This document shows positions 19,953-27,238 of a stretch of 32,000 bases of DNA, one piece after another. The position numbers were made by a program, and so were the translations under genes. The DNA is from Alkanindiges illinoisensis DSM 15370 (GTDB lineage Bacteria > Pseudomonadota > Gammaproteobacteria > Pseudomonadales > Moraxellaceae). Every line of letters starts with the position of its first letter. Within the stretch, counting starts at the first letter, position 1. The notes beneath the pieces were generated by a model. It saw only the letters and a list, made by a program, of their open reading frames with translations, was not told the origin of the DNA and did not search any database. The stretch lies in the NCBI RefSeq assembly GCF_000619845.1, contig NZ_JHUX01000003.1:1210064-1242063 (forward strand), given 5' to 3'.

Positions 19953-20450
19953 TTAAGCTTGAAGCTGTTTTTTGGCTTCATCTTCAACAATATCAAGTTC
20001 CAGTTGGGTAAAGCGGCGAATTTCACCTTCAGCATGGCGCTCCAGCATACCGCCAACCAAGGGTACTTTCACTTTCACTGTCCAGACCATGGTCACATTC
20101 AGTTTATTGCTGTCGCCAGTTACTGTGCGCTCACCCTTTGCTTCCAAAGGCAGGTTAGCACCCAGCTCAACCGTAGAAGTCAGTGCAGTTAAATTAGTAA
20201 TGTCAGTGCGTTTTAGACGAAAAGCATTTTTCAGCAGTTTTTTGGCCACATCAGGAATATTCACATCCAGATTGTATTCACGGCGTAAGGTATAGGTATT
20301 GCCCTGAATATTGGATTCCAGAATTTCCAGATTTTCACCGGGAATACGACGGCACACCGCTTCATGCAGTGATTTATCAGCAGCCAGTCGCTTAAAGTCG
20401 TCTATTGAAATACCAGGAATGGTTGCATTGATGGTGAATTGATGTGCCAT
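19953..20450 (-). CDS. SRPBCC-fold / DUF2505-like hypothetical protein
   Basis: 165 aa with an alternating beta pattern and a long C-terminal helix. The overall look is that of DUF2505-type lipid-binding START-like proteins. No catalytic motif was seen. Confidence 0.4.
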   Translation of the reverse strand: MAHQFTINATIPGISIDDFKRLAADKSLHEAVCRRIPGENLEILESNIQGNTYTLRREYNLDVNIPDVAKKLLKNAFRLKRTDITNLTALTSTVELGANLPLEAKGERTVTGDSNKLNVTMVWTVKVKVPLVGGMLERHAEGEIRRFTQLELDIVEDEAKKQLQA

Positions 20451-20515
20451 AGCAGAGTCCGTGTCATTTTTTAATGTATGTCAACATTCAGTTAAGCAGA
20501 AAGTTAAGCACGCAA

Positions 20516-20524
20516 ATTATATCA
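20516..20524 (-). promoter_or_regulatory. extended -10 promoter element (TGATATAAT)
   Basis: The minus strand reads TG-A-TATAAT about 65 nt upstream of ATG 20450. There is no good -35, which is consistent with the extended -10 class. Confidence 0.35.
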
Positions 20525-20628
20525 CTAACTTTTGTAGCCATTCCTGAAAATTTGCTTAATTTGCAGCTTATACCTGCGCTGCTTTACTTAAAAGTTGAGG
20601 AAGGCTGCTAGCGTGGCAATGCATAGGC

Positions 20629-20967
20629 TCAATCATCGCGGGTAAGCACTTCCAGCAATTCAATTTCAAAAATCAGGTTGGAATTGGGCGGAATCTTGCC
20701 AATTTGGCGCTCGCCATAGCCTAGATGCGCAGGCACGAACAGCTTGCGTTTGCCCCCAACTTTCATTCCCATTAAACCCTGATCCCAGCCCTTGATCACG
20801 CGGCCCGTACCAATCACACATTGAAAGGGCTGCCCCTTATTCAACGATGTATCAAATACGGTGCCATCTTCCAGTGTACCGGTATAATGGGTGGTAATCA
20901 GTGCGCCCTTAACGCATGTTTTGCCTGTGCCTTCCAGCAGATCGGTAATTTGTAGTTCAGTGGTCAT
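20629..20967 (-). CDS. FKBP-type peptidyl-prolyl cis-trans isomerase
   Basis: 112 aa. It carries HYTGTLEDGTVFDTS, VIKGWDQGLMGMKVGGKRKL and LIFEIELL. ATG at 20967 is preceded by AGGAA. The track start at 21033 would overlap the upstream gene. Confidence 0.9.
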   Translation of the reverse strand: MTTELQITDLLEGTGKTCVKGALITTHYTGTLEDGTVFDTSLNKGQPFQCVIGTGRVIKGWDQGLMGMKVGGKRKLFVPAHLGYGERQIGKIPPNSNLIFEIELLEVLTRDD

Positions 20968-20977
20968 TAATCTATTC

Positions 20978-21583
20978 CTAGCAGTCATCCTGAAAAAATG
21001 CATAACGCCACAGTTTGCCGTTTTTAAATTCAAACCGGTACTGCGTTAAGCCGCTTTCCTGCTCAAATGTATACTGATGTGGCGCGTAAACCCCATACAT
21101 TCCGCTATAGTACTTTAAAAATTCCAGCTCTGAGGTTTGGCCAGATATAGGCTTGCCCAGCAGCATCAAACGATTGCGTGAGTCATTAAAATACAGGCTT
21201 TGCACTTGCAGTGTGTATTCATTGACTTGAAAAGAGCCATAGTCCAGCAGCCGGGGGAAATCCTGCCCGTTACAGTCATCATAGCCCTGAGACAGCAGTT
21301 TAACAGGCTTACCCAGTTGCTGATGCACCGCAGCCAGTGAATTTAAGCGTTTAAATGCTTTACCGTTAATGACCGGATAAATATCCTTGGCTGCAATCGC
21401 CTGCTCAATCACAGCCGAAGATTTTTGATGTTGCTGGCTGGCTTGCAACAGTTTTGCAAGACCTTGTGACTGACTTGGCGCCGTCCATGTCTCTGCCGAT
21501 GACACACCGCCAGCCAGCAATAAGGCAACCGGGAGTGCCACACCGGCTCCCAGCATTTTTAATATTTTTTTAATGTTATGCAT
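20978..21583 (-). CDS. secreted hypothetical protein
   Basis: It has an N-terminal signal peptide (KKILKMLGAGVALPVALLLAGGVSSAE) and no recognisable domain. Its stop lies 10 nt upstream of the FKBP start. Confidence 0.6.
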   Translation of the reverse strand: MHNIKKILKMLGAGVALPVALLLAGGVSSAETWTAPSQSQGLAKLLQASQQHQKSSAVIEQAIAAKDIYPVINGKAFKRLNSLAAVHQQLGKPVKLLSQGYDDCNGQDFPRLLDYGSFQVNEYTLQVQSLYFNDSRNRLMLLGKPISGQTSELEFLKYYSGMYGVYAPHQYTFEQESGLTQYRFEFKNGKLWRYAFFQDDC

Positions 21584-21620
21584 GGTTTGATTATATCAAT
21601 TGGTTATGCGGGTTGATCCA

Positions 21621-22151
21621 TTATTTTAACGCAATCCATTCAACGGTAACGCTGCCTTTATCACTGGATAATGTCCACTCCCCATCCATGATATTCAGCT
21701 GCAACTGCATGGTACGTTCGCACAAGTCCTGAATCGCCTGCGTGGTGGCAAGCGGTAACTGCCATACACTGACATTGTTCATATTGGCCAGCTTGCTATT
21801 GCGCTTCCACCATTCCTCCACTTGCGTACCGTAAGCAATCACAGCCACTTCGGGACAGCGTGCACTTGCTTTTTTAACCTTGTTTTCATCCGGCAAGCCC
21901 ACTTCAACCCACTTTTCCAGCTGGCCAGTCAGGTCTTTTTGCCACAAGGCAGGCTCATCTGTTTCAAACAAGTCTTTGGTAAAGGTGAGCTGCTCATCGG
22001 CAAAACGGGCAAATGCCAGAATGCGCATCATCAGTCGCTCGATGGTTTCAGAAGGATGCTGCGCCAGTGTAAGCTGATGATCGGCATAATAGTGGCGATC
22101 CATGTCGGCAATTTGCAAATCAGCTTTATAAATGGTTGCTTTAAGGGCCAT
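21621..22151 (-). CDS. yaeQ: YaeQ-family protein (PD-(D/E)XK-like fold)
   Basis: MALKATIYKADLQIADMDRHYY...LTLAQHPSETIERLMMRILAFA is nearly colinear with E. coli YaeQ. Confidence 0.9.
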   Translation of the reverse strand: MALKATIYKADLQIADMDRHYYADHQLTLAQHPSETIERLMMRILAFARFADEQLTFTKDLFETDEPALWQKDLTGQLEKWVEVGLPDENKVKKASARCPEVAVIAYGTQVEEWWKRNSKLANMNNVSVWQLPLATTQAIQDLCERTMQLQLNIMDGEWTLSSDKGSVTVEWIALK

Positions 22152-22285
22152 AGAAAAAAGTCATGTGTTGCTAAAAATTGCTGGCAAGCATAGCGGATTA
22201 GCCAGCAATAAGCAGGATGTCCTAGAAAATAATTCTTCTATATGCTGACTTTACTGACATCAAACCCCAGCTTTCTCTGGCTAAT

Positions 22286-22325
22286 AAAAAACCTGCCTGT
22301 TTTTTTAAGGTCAGGCAGGTTTTTA
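22286..22325. terminator. bidirectional rho-independent terminator
   Basis: A6-CCTGCCTG-tttttttaaggt-CAGGCAGG-T5 lies downstream of the minus-strand reductase gene. Confidence 0.7.
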
Positions 22326-22395
22326 ATGAACTAGTTTGCTGGCAACAATAGCGTTTTGCTTTATGTCAGTTTGTTTGATGACTAAAACCCAGAAG

Positions 22396-23262
22396 CTATT
22401 CGTCTTCGAGTACCTGATGCGAGTCACTTTGGCCCAGTTGCCAGTATCCGGCAGCCTTAATGTATTTTTTATTCACATCATAGTCTTCAATCAGGGTTTT
22501 GCGTAGCTGGCGCGCCACGTTGGTTTCTGCGGCAATCCAGGTATGAAACTCTTTTTCCGGAAAAGGCGCATGTTTAAAGGCCTGCAAAAACAGGTCTGCT
22601 TGTCCCATGGGTTGCCCCATGCGTTGCACCCACATGATTTCAGTATCTGCCGGGCACTCCCAGTTCAGTTGATCTTGCTGGCAGTCCACTTCTGCAATGA
22701 CCAGTACCTGACTGTCGCGCGGTAATTCTTCCAGACGGCGGCCAATGGCAGGCAACGCTGTTTCATCACCAATCAGCACATAGCCATCAAAATCCATGGG
22801 AATAATCATCGAACCCCGTGGCCCGCCAATACCCAGCTCGTCACCCACTTTCGCCCGTCTGGCCCAGTCCGAAGCCGGGCCTGCTTCATGCAAGGCAAAA
22901 TCAATGGTCAGGCTATGTTGCTGGTTATCAAAATAGCGGGGTGTATAGTCCCGCATGATTGGCTTTGGCCCATCACTCACTGCAATGCCCTGTCCTTCCA
23001 ACTGCGGTAGCACCAGTTGTCCACTTTGGGCATCGGGAAAAAATACTTTCACATGATCATCAAAACTGGCGCTTGTGAAGTCGGCAAAGTCCGGCCCTAT
23101 TAACACAATACGCCGCATATTAGGCCCTAGCTCCTCAATCTGCTGTACGCTTGCCTTACGCAGCTTAAGTGGGTGGCGCACGCGGTAGGCTTTTTTAGGT
23201 TCCCAGTTTTGCTCAGGTTGCGAGTTCTGCCCAAGTCGTGAGTTTTGTTCATTCTGTTGCAT
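22396..23262 (-). CDS. siderophore-interacting protein / ferric-siderophore reductase (SIP, ViuB/YqjH-like)
   Basis: An FAD-binding-9 domain with RDYTPR (RxYT motif) is followed by a SIP C-terminal NAD(P)H domain. AGAGG precedes the ATG. Confidence 0.85.
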   Translation of the reverse strand: MQQNEQNSRLGQNSQPEQNWEPKKAYRVRHPLKLRKASVQQIEELGPNMRRIVLIGPDFADFTSASFDDHVKVFFPDAQSGQLVLPQLEGQGIAVSDGPKPIMRDYTPRYFDNQQHSLTIDFALHEAGPASDWARRAKVGDELGIGGPRGSMIIPMDFDGYVLIGDETALPAIGRRLEELPRDSQVLVIAEVDCQQDQLNWECPADTEIMWVQRMGQPMGQADLFLQAFKHAPFPEKEFHTWIAAETNVARQLRKTLIEDYDVNKKYIKAAGYWQLGQSDSHQVLEDE

Positions 23263-23314
23263 GACTGACCTCTGCTATTTTTAAAAATTCAATCAATAAA
23301 TAATCTTCAACTGC

Positions 23315-23800
23315 TTACAATTGTTCAATTTGGCGCACTGCATTGTCCAGAATTTCGGTGAGCTGGTTGGCCTGTGCAGTAGTCAGCACCTCATTACCCA
23401 GCTTAAGCCGCACTGCCAGCTTAAAGTTTTCAATCGCACGTGTAACCTGAATTGGCTGTTTTGCACGCTGGCGCACCCGGGCAAAGATATGTTCCACCCG
23501 GGCAGCTTCATCAGCCAATACTTTTTTGCCAGCAGGCTGAATGGCATACACCTGCTTTTTGCTTTCTACACCAGCCGTGGCTTCAGCACTAATCAGTCCC
23601 TGTTCCACCAACTGCCCTAACAAGGGATAAACCATGCCCGCACTGGGGCGATAATGACCGGAAGTTAATTCTTCCACGGCTTTGATCAGGTCATAGCCAT
23701 GCCGTGACTGCGCATTGATCAGGCTCAAAAGGACCAGCCGTAACCCGCCATGACCAAAACCACGTTGCTTGTTACCCGCGGGCAAAGTAGATTCAGACAT
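23315..23800 (-). CDS. PadR-family transcriptional regulator (YqjI-like)
   Basis: It has the PadR winged helix (LVLLSLINAQSRHGYDLIKAVEELTSGHYRPSAGMVYPLLGQLVEQGLI) and lies 52 nt upstream of the SIP gene. ATG at 23800 has a GGAAGG SD. Confidence 0.85.
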   Translation of the reverse strand: MSESTLPAGNKQRGFGHGGLRLVLLSLINAQSRHGYDLIKAVEELTSGHYRPSAGMVYPLLGQLVEQGLISAEATAGVESKKQVYAIQPAGKKVLADEAARVEHIFARVRQRAKQPIQVTRAIENFKLAVRLKLGNEVLTTAQANQLTEILDNAVRQIEQL

Positions 23801-23957
23801 CTTTACCTTCCCATATTTAAATTCAGATATAAAAAAGATATAGCTAAAATTAGTATTGTTCAAGTTGCTTTTTGCTATTTTTTCATCATCTTTTAAACTT
23901 ATTGTTAAGCCGCTTTGTCAAGATGGATAGATTTAGCAAAACAGGTTTACAATACAG

Positions 23958-24122
23958 GCTACTCTTCAGGGCGGGGTGTAATTCCCCACCGGCGGTAAGT
24001 GGATCAGCAAATTATCAGTAAGATATCAAGTTGCATTCACAAGCCCGCGAGCCGAAACCTCTGGATGCAGGCAGATTTGGTGAGATTCCAAGGCCGACGG
24101 TATAGTCCGGATGAAAGAAGAT
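23958..24122 (+). promoter_or_regulatory. FMN riboswitch (RFN element) aptamer
   Basis: The canonical conserved blocks are present: CTTCAGGGCGGGGTGTAATTCCCCACCGGCGGTAA, AGCCCGCGAGC, CAGATTTGGTGAGATTCCAAGGCCGACGGTATAGTCCGGATGAAAGAAG. It lies upstream of ribB. Confidence 0.95.
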
Positions 24123-24338
24123 GTGCAATTTATCAATGGTGTACAGCTCAGGCTACTTATGGCCTGTTGAGGTATGGCATTGTGTACGCTTTTATTCAAG
24201 CAGTCCTGAAATGTTCATTGTCCATTTTTCAAGAGCATTTCAATGTCCAGTTATATTTCCCAAGCGTTGCAAAACCAGTCTGAACTTTCCTTACCTCCTT
24301 CTTCTTCTCATTCAAAATTATTGCCTGCTGAACAAGTG

Positions 24339-24986
24339 ATGCAGCAGCCGCAGTTTTTTGACCAGCTTGCACCTGCATCGGAACGAATCTCCCGCGCACT
24401 GGCCGATATGCGTTCAGGCCGACCTGTACTGCTCATGGATGACTTTGACCGTGAAAACGAAGTTGACCTGATTGTTGCTGCCGAAAAGATTTCACAAGAC
24501 AGCATGGCACGCATGATTCGTGATGGCAGTGGTATTGTTTGCCTGTGCATCCCAGATACGCTGGCCGATCATTTGCAGCTCGCGCCCATGGTGCAGGACA
24601 ACCAGAGCCGCTTTAGCACGGCCTTTACAGTTTCCATCGAAGCAAAACATGGCGTTAGTACTGGTGTTTCTGCTGCCGATCGGGTAACAACCATTCTGGC
24701 TGCCATTGATGACAATGCAGTTGCCGATGATCTGGCGCGTCCCGGCCATGTGTTTCCATTACGCGCGCAATCCGGGGGCGTGCTGAGCCGCAAGGGCCAT
24801 ACCGAAGGCAGTGTGGACTTGGCCCGGCTGGCTGGCCTAAAACCGGCTGGCGTTTTATGCGAACTAATGAACCCGGACGGCAGCATGGCACGCGACCAGC
24901 AAATTCTGGATTATGCACTACAGCATGATCTGGTGATTTTAACGATTGATGAACTGGTACAATACCGGCAGCAAACCGGACTTTAA
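24339..24986 (+). CDS. ribB: 3,4-dihydroxy-2-butanone-4-phosphate synthase
   Basis: [22 protein letters not shown], the GHVFPLRA loop and [12 protein letters not shown] are present. ATG at 24339 gives 215 aa, colinear with the 217-aa E. coli RibB as I recall it. The track start at 24243 adds 32 non-conserved residues, so the start is ambiguous. Confidence 0.9.
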   Translation: MQQPQFFDQLAPASERISRALADMRSGRPVLLMDDFDRENEVDLIVAAEKISQDSMARMIRDGSGIVCLCIPDTLADHLQLAPMVQDNQSRFSTAFTVSIEAKHGVSTGVSAADRVTTILAAIDDNAVADDLARPGHVFPLRAQSGGVLSRKGHTEGSVDLARLAGLKPAGVLCELMNPDGSMARDQQILDYALQHDLVILTIDELVQYRQQTGL

Positions 24987-25051
24987 ATCATTAAGTTTTG
25001 ATTATTCGAATCTTAGGATTTAAGCTCTTCGATTTAAAGTTGTGCATCAAT

Positions 25052-25079
25052 AAAAGGAAGGTTTTGGCCTTCCTTTTTT
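25052..25079. terminator. bidirectional rho-independent terminator
   Basis: AAAAGGAAGG-ttttgg-CCTTCCTTTTTT lies between convergent ribB and the DUF1289 gene. Confidence 0.7.
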
Positions 25080-25108
25080 ATTTCTCTTTATTCAGTTGGA
25101 TAATGATT

Positions 25109-25573
25109 TTATAAACTGGTTTCCGTAGCCGTTTCGCCAAATTGCGCTGCCCGTAACCAAGCCAATTCAAAACTGGCCACGGCCAGTGAATAAATACGCT
25201 GCTCAAACAACTGCCAGGTTTTTTGCACATGTTCTGATGCAACACTCAATCCTGCCCGTTCATGGCAGGCGGGATTACGCTGGCAAATCCGTAAGGCATG
25301 ATAAATCTTGCGACCTTGCGAGGCATTCTCCAGCAAGCGCACCTGTTGCGAGCGTAGGAACTCATCCAGTGCCTGTTCATCCCGGATTTGCACCAGTGGC
25401 AATAAAATCTGGTCAAGCTGGCTATCCAGTCGTTGCCAAATCAGCTTTTGCTCATCCAGCGAATAGCGATTCCAGTGAATCACTTCATAGCTAAAGCGAC
25501 GGCAGCCACGACAAACACTATCACCAAACACGGTTGAGCACTTTCCGGCACAAGGCGTTAAGGCAGCAGTCAA
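25109..25573 (-). CDS. DUF1289 domain protein (Cys-rich N-terminus)
   Basis: CAGKCSTVFGDSVCRGCRRFSYEVIHWN matches the DUF1289 Cx3C...CxxC...W pattern. A TTG start at 25573 has an excellent GGAGG 5 nt upstream. Confidence 0.7.
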   Translation of the reverse strand: MTAALTPCAGKCSTVFGDSVCRGCRRFSYEVIHWNRYSLDEQKLIWQRLDSQLDQILLPLVQIRDEQALDEFLRSQQVRLLENASQGRKIYHALRICQRNPACHERAGLSVASEHVQKTWQLFEQRIYSLAVASFELAWLRAAQFGETATETSL

Positions 25574-25587
25574 GTGAACCTCCAGTT

Positions 25588-25635
25588 TTTTTATAGCCTA
25601 TTTTTATAGCCTATTTTTATAACCAATATTGGTTA
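25588..25635. repeat. 3 x 13-bp tandem repeat merging into a perfect 16-bp palindrome
   Basis: TTTTTATAGCCTA occurs twice (25588-25613), followed by TTTTTATAACCAA (25614-25626). The palindrome TAACCAATATTGGTTA is at 25620-25635. Confidence 0.8.
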
Positions 25636-25872
25636 ATAAAAACACAATATCTAGTAGTTTATTAAATATGAAAATCTATATATAGACAATAACCATTTTT
25701 TATTCTTGTGTTTAGCCAATGAAAATTTTAGCTATTTTATTATTGTTGCCATGAGCGCAATTAAACCATAATTTTTTTATGGAATTTATCGCGCTTTGTA
25801 GTTCAAACCAGTAGAATATGCGCGTCTCATTTTCCTGTTTATGTATTTAGGCAGACTCTTTAGGAGCGTTCC

Positions 25873-26844
25873 ATGTCCGCAACATTAGACCAGCAGCTTG
25901 CACCTGCGTCTTCTACAACCACCATCGATCAAAACCCTGTCAATGCAGGCACGGCTGATCAAAACTGGGTTGTGGCGGCGCTCTATCAGTTTCATCCGGT
26001 TGCCGATCCATCAGCCTTACAGCAACAATTACTAGATTTGCTTAGCTCACTTAACATCTGCGGCACCCTGATTGTGGCCGGCGAAGGCATCAATGGCACG
26101 GTGGCCGGTTCGCGGGCTGCCATTGACCAGATGCACCAGTACCTTATGGATTGCGGGTTTACCAACATGGAATACAAGGAATCCTCAAGTTCCGAGAAGC
26201 CATTTCGCAAAACCAAGGTCAAGCTGAAAAAGGAAATTGTCACGCTTGGCGTGGAAGTTGCTCCACGTTCACAGGTCGGTCATTATCTCAATCCTGAAGA
26301 ATGGCATGACTTTATTCAACAGGACGATGTCATTTTGATTGATACCCGCAATGACTACGAATATAAAGCCGGTACGTTTAAAAATGCCATTGATCCACAA
26401 ACCGAAAGTTTCCGTGAATTCCCCGACTATGTTGAAAAAAACCTGAGCGATGCCAAAGACAAAAAAATTGCCATGTTTTGCACAGGCGGTATTCGCTGTG
26501 AAAAATCCACCAGTCTGCTATTGCAACAAGGATTTAAAGAGGTTTATCACCTTAAAGGCGGCATTTTAAACTATCTGGAACAAATCCCGGCTGAACAAAG
26601 CCTGTGGGAAGGCGAATGTTTTGTATTTGACAATCGCACCGGAGTAACGCATGGCGTACAGGAAGGTGAAAGCGTAAAATGCCATGCCTGTGGCTGGCCG
26701 TTATCGCCTGAAGAAGTTGAATTGCCCAGCTATGAACTGGGTGTAAGCTGCGTATATTGCATTGATAAAACCACCGAGCAACAAAAGTCAGGCTTTCGTA
26801 TGCGCCAGTCGCAGCTCACCAAAGCCAAGCGCAAAAGACTTTAA
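25873..26844 (+). CDS. trhO: rhodanese-domain tRNA uridine(34) hydroxylase (UPF0176, YceA/TrhO family)
   Basis: Rhodanese active-site loop CTGGIRCEKS, a C-terminal Cys-rich tail (CHACGWP...CVYC) and an AGGAG SD. Confidence 0.85.
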   Translation: MSATLDQQLAPASSTTTIDQNPVNAGTADQNWVVAALYQFHPVADPSALQQQLLDLLSSLNICGTLIVAGEGINGTVAGSRAAIDQMHQYLMDCGFTNMEYKESSSSEKPFRKTKVKLKKEIVTLGVEVAPRSQVGHYLNPEEWHDFIQQDDVILIDTRNDYEYKAGTFKNAIDPQTESFREFPDYVEKNLSDAKDKKIAMFCTGGIRCEKSTSLLLQQGFKEVYHLKGGILNYLEQIPAEQSLWEGECFVFDNRTGVTHGVQEGESVKCHACGWPLSPEEVELPSYELGVSCVYCIDKTTEQQKSGFRMRQSQLTKAKRKRL

Positions 26845-26902
26845 TTGCTATCTGCTAAACGCTTAAGTTAACTTGGCTTAACTACTAGCATCAATAAAAT
26901 TA

Positions 26903-26937
26903 AAACGGGCCTGCATTATATGTACGCCCGTTTTTTT
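26903..26937 (+). terminator. rho-independent terminator of trhO
   Basis: AACGGGC-ctgcattatatgtac-GCCCGTT is followed by a T-run (T7 counting the two stem Ts, 26931-26937). Confidence 0.65.
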
Positions 26938-27238
26938 ACGTTTTTCACGGTTATTTTGGTCTTCCACTTTTACGTCACAAATATTTTTATTAGTTTTGAA
27001 TAGCAATCTTTAAGCCGACTTAAAAGATTGTTTACGCATTATCTACAACTGTCACGCTTCATTACGCTTCACGCTTTTTTCTACGTCAACCTTCCAACAA
27101 GAAACGCTTAGCAACTACATTTGCGACAAACTACAGTAGCGACATAGGGTAACACCCTGTTTATGGAAAGAAATGCAGTACTAGCTATTCCAGTAACTGT
27201 TCAGACTAAAAATTTTGTAAGTCAATTGGAGTAAAGCA

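Noticed and set aside
23999-24339. Two ORFs of 94 and 72 aa (23999..24283, 24121..24339) lie between the PadR gene and ribB.
   Set aside because: They overlap the FMN riboswitch aptamer and its expression platform. There is no SD, and their Cys/Tyr/Leu-rich products look random.
25588-25626. The 13-bp tandem repeats were considered as a possible mini-CRISPR or iteron array.
   Set aside because: The units are directly adjacent with no spacers, there are only three copies, and no cas or replication genes are nearby. I kept them as a regulatory or repeat observation only.
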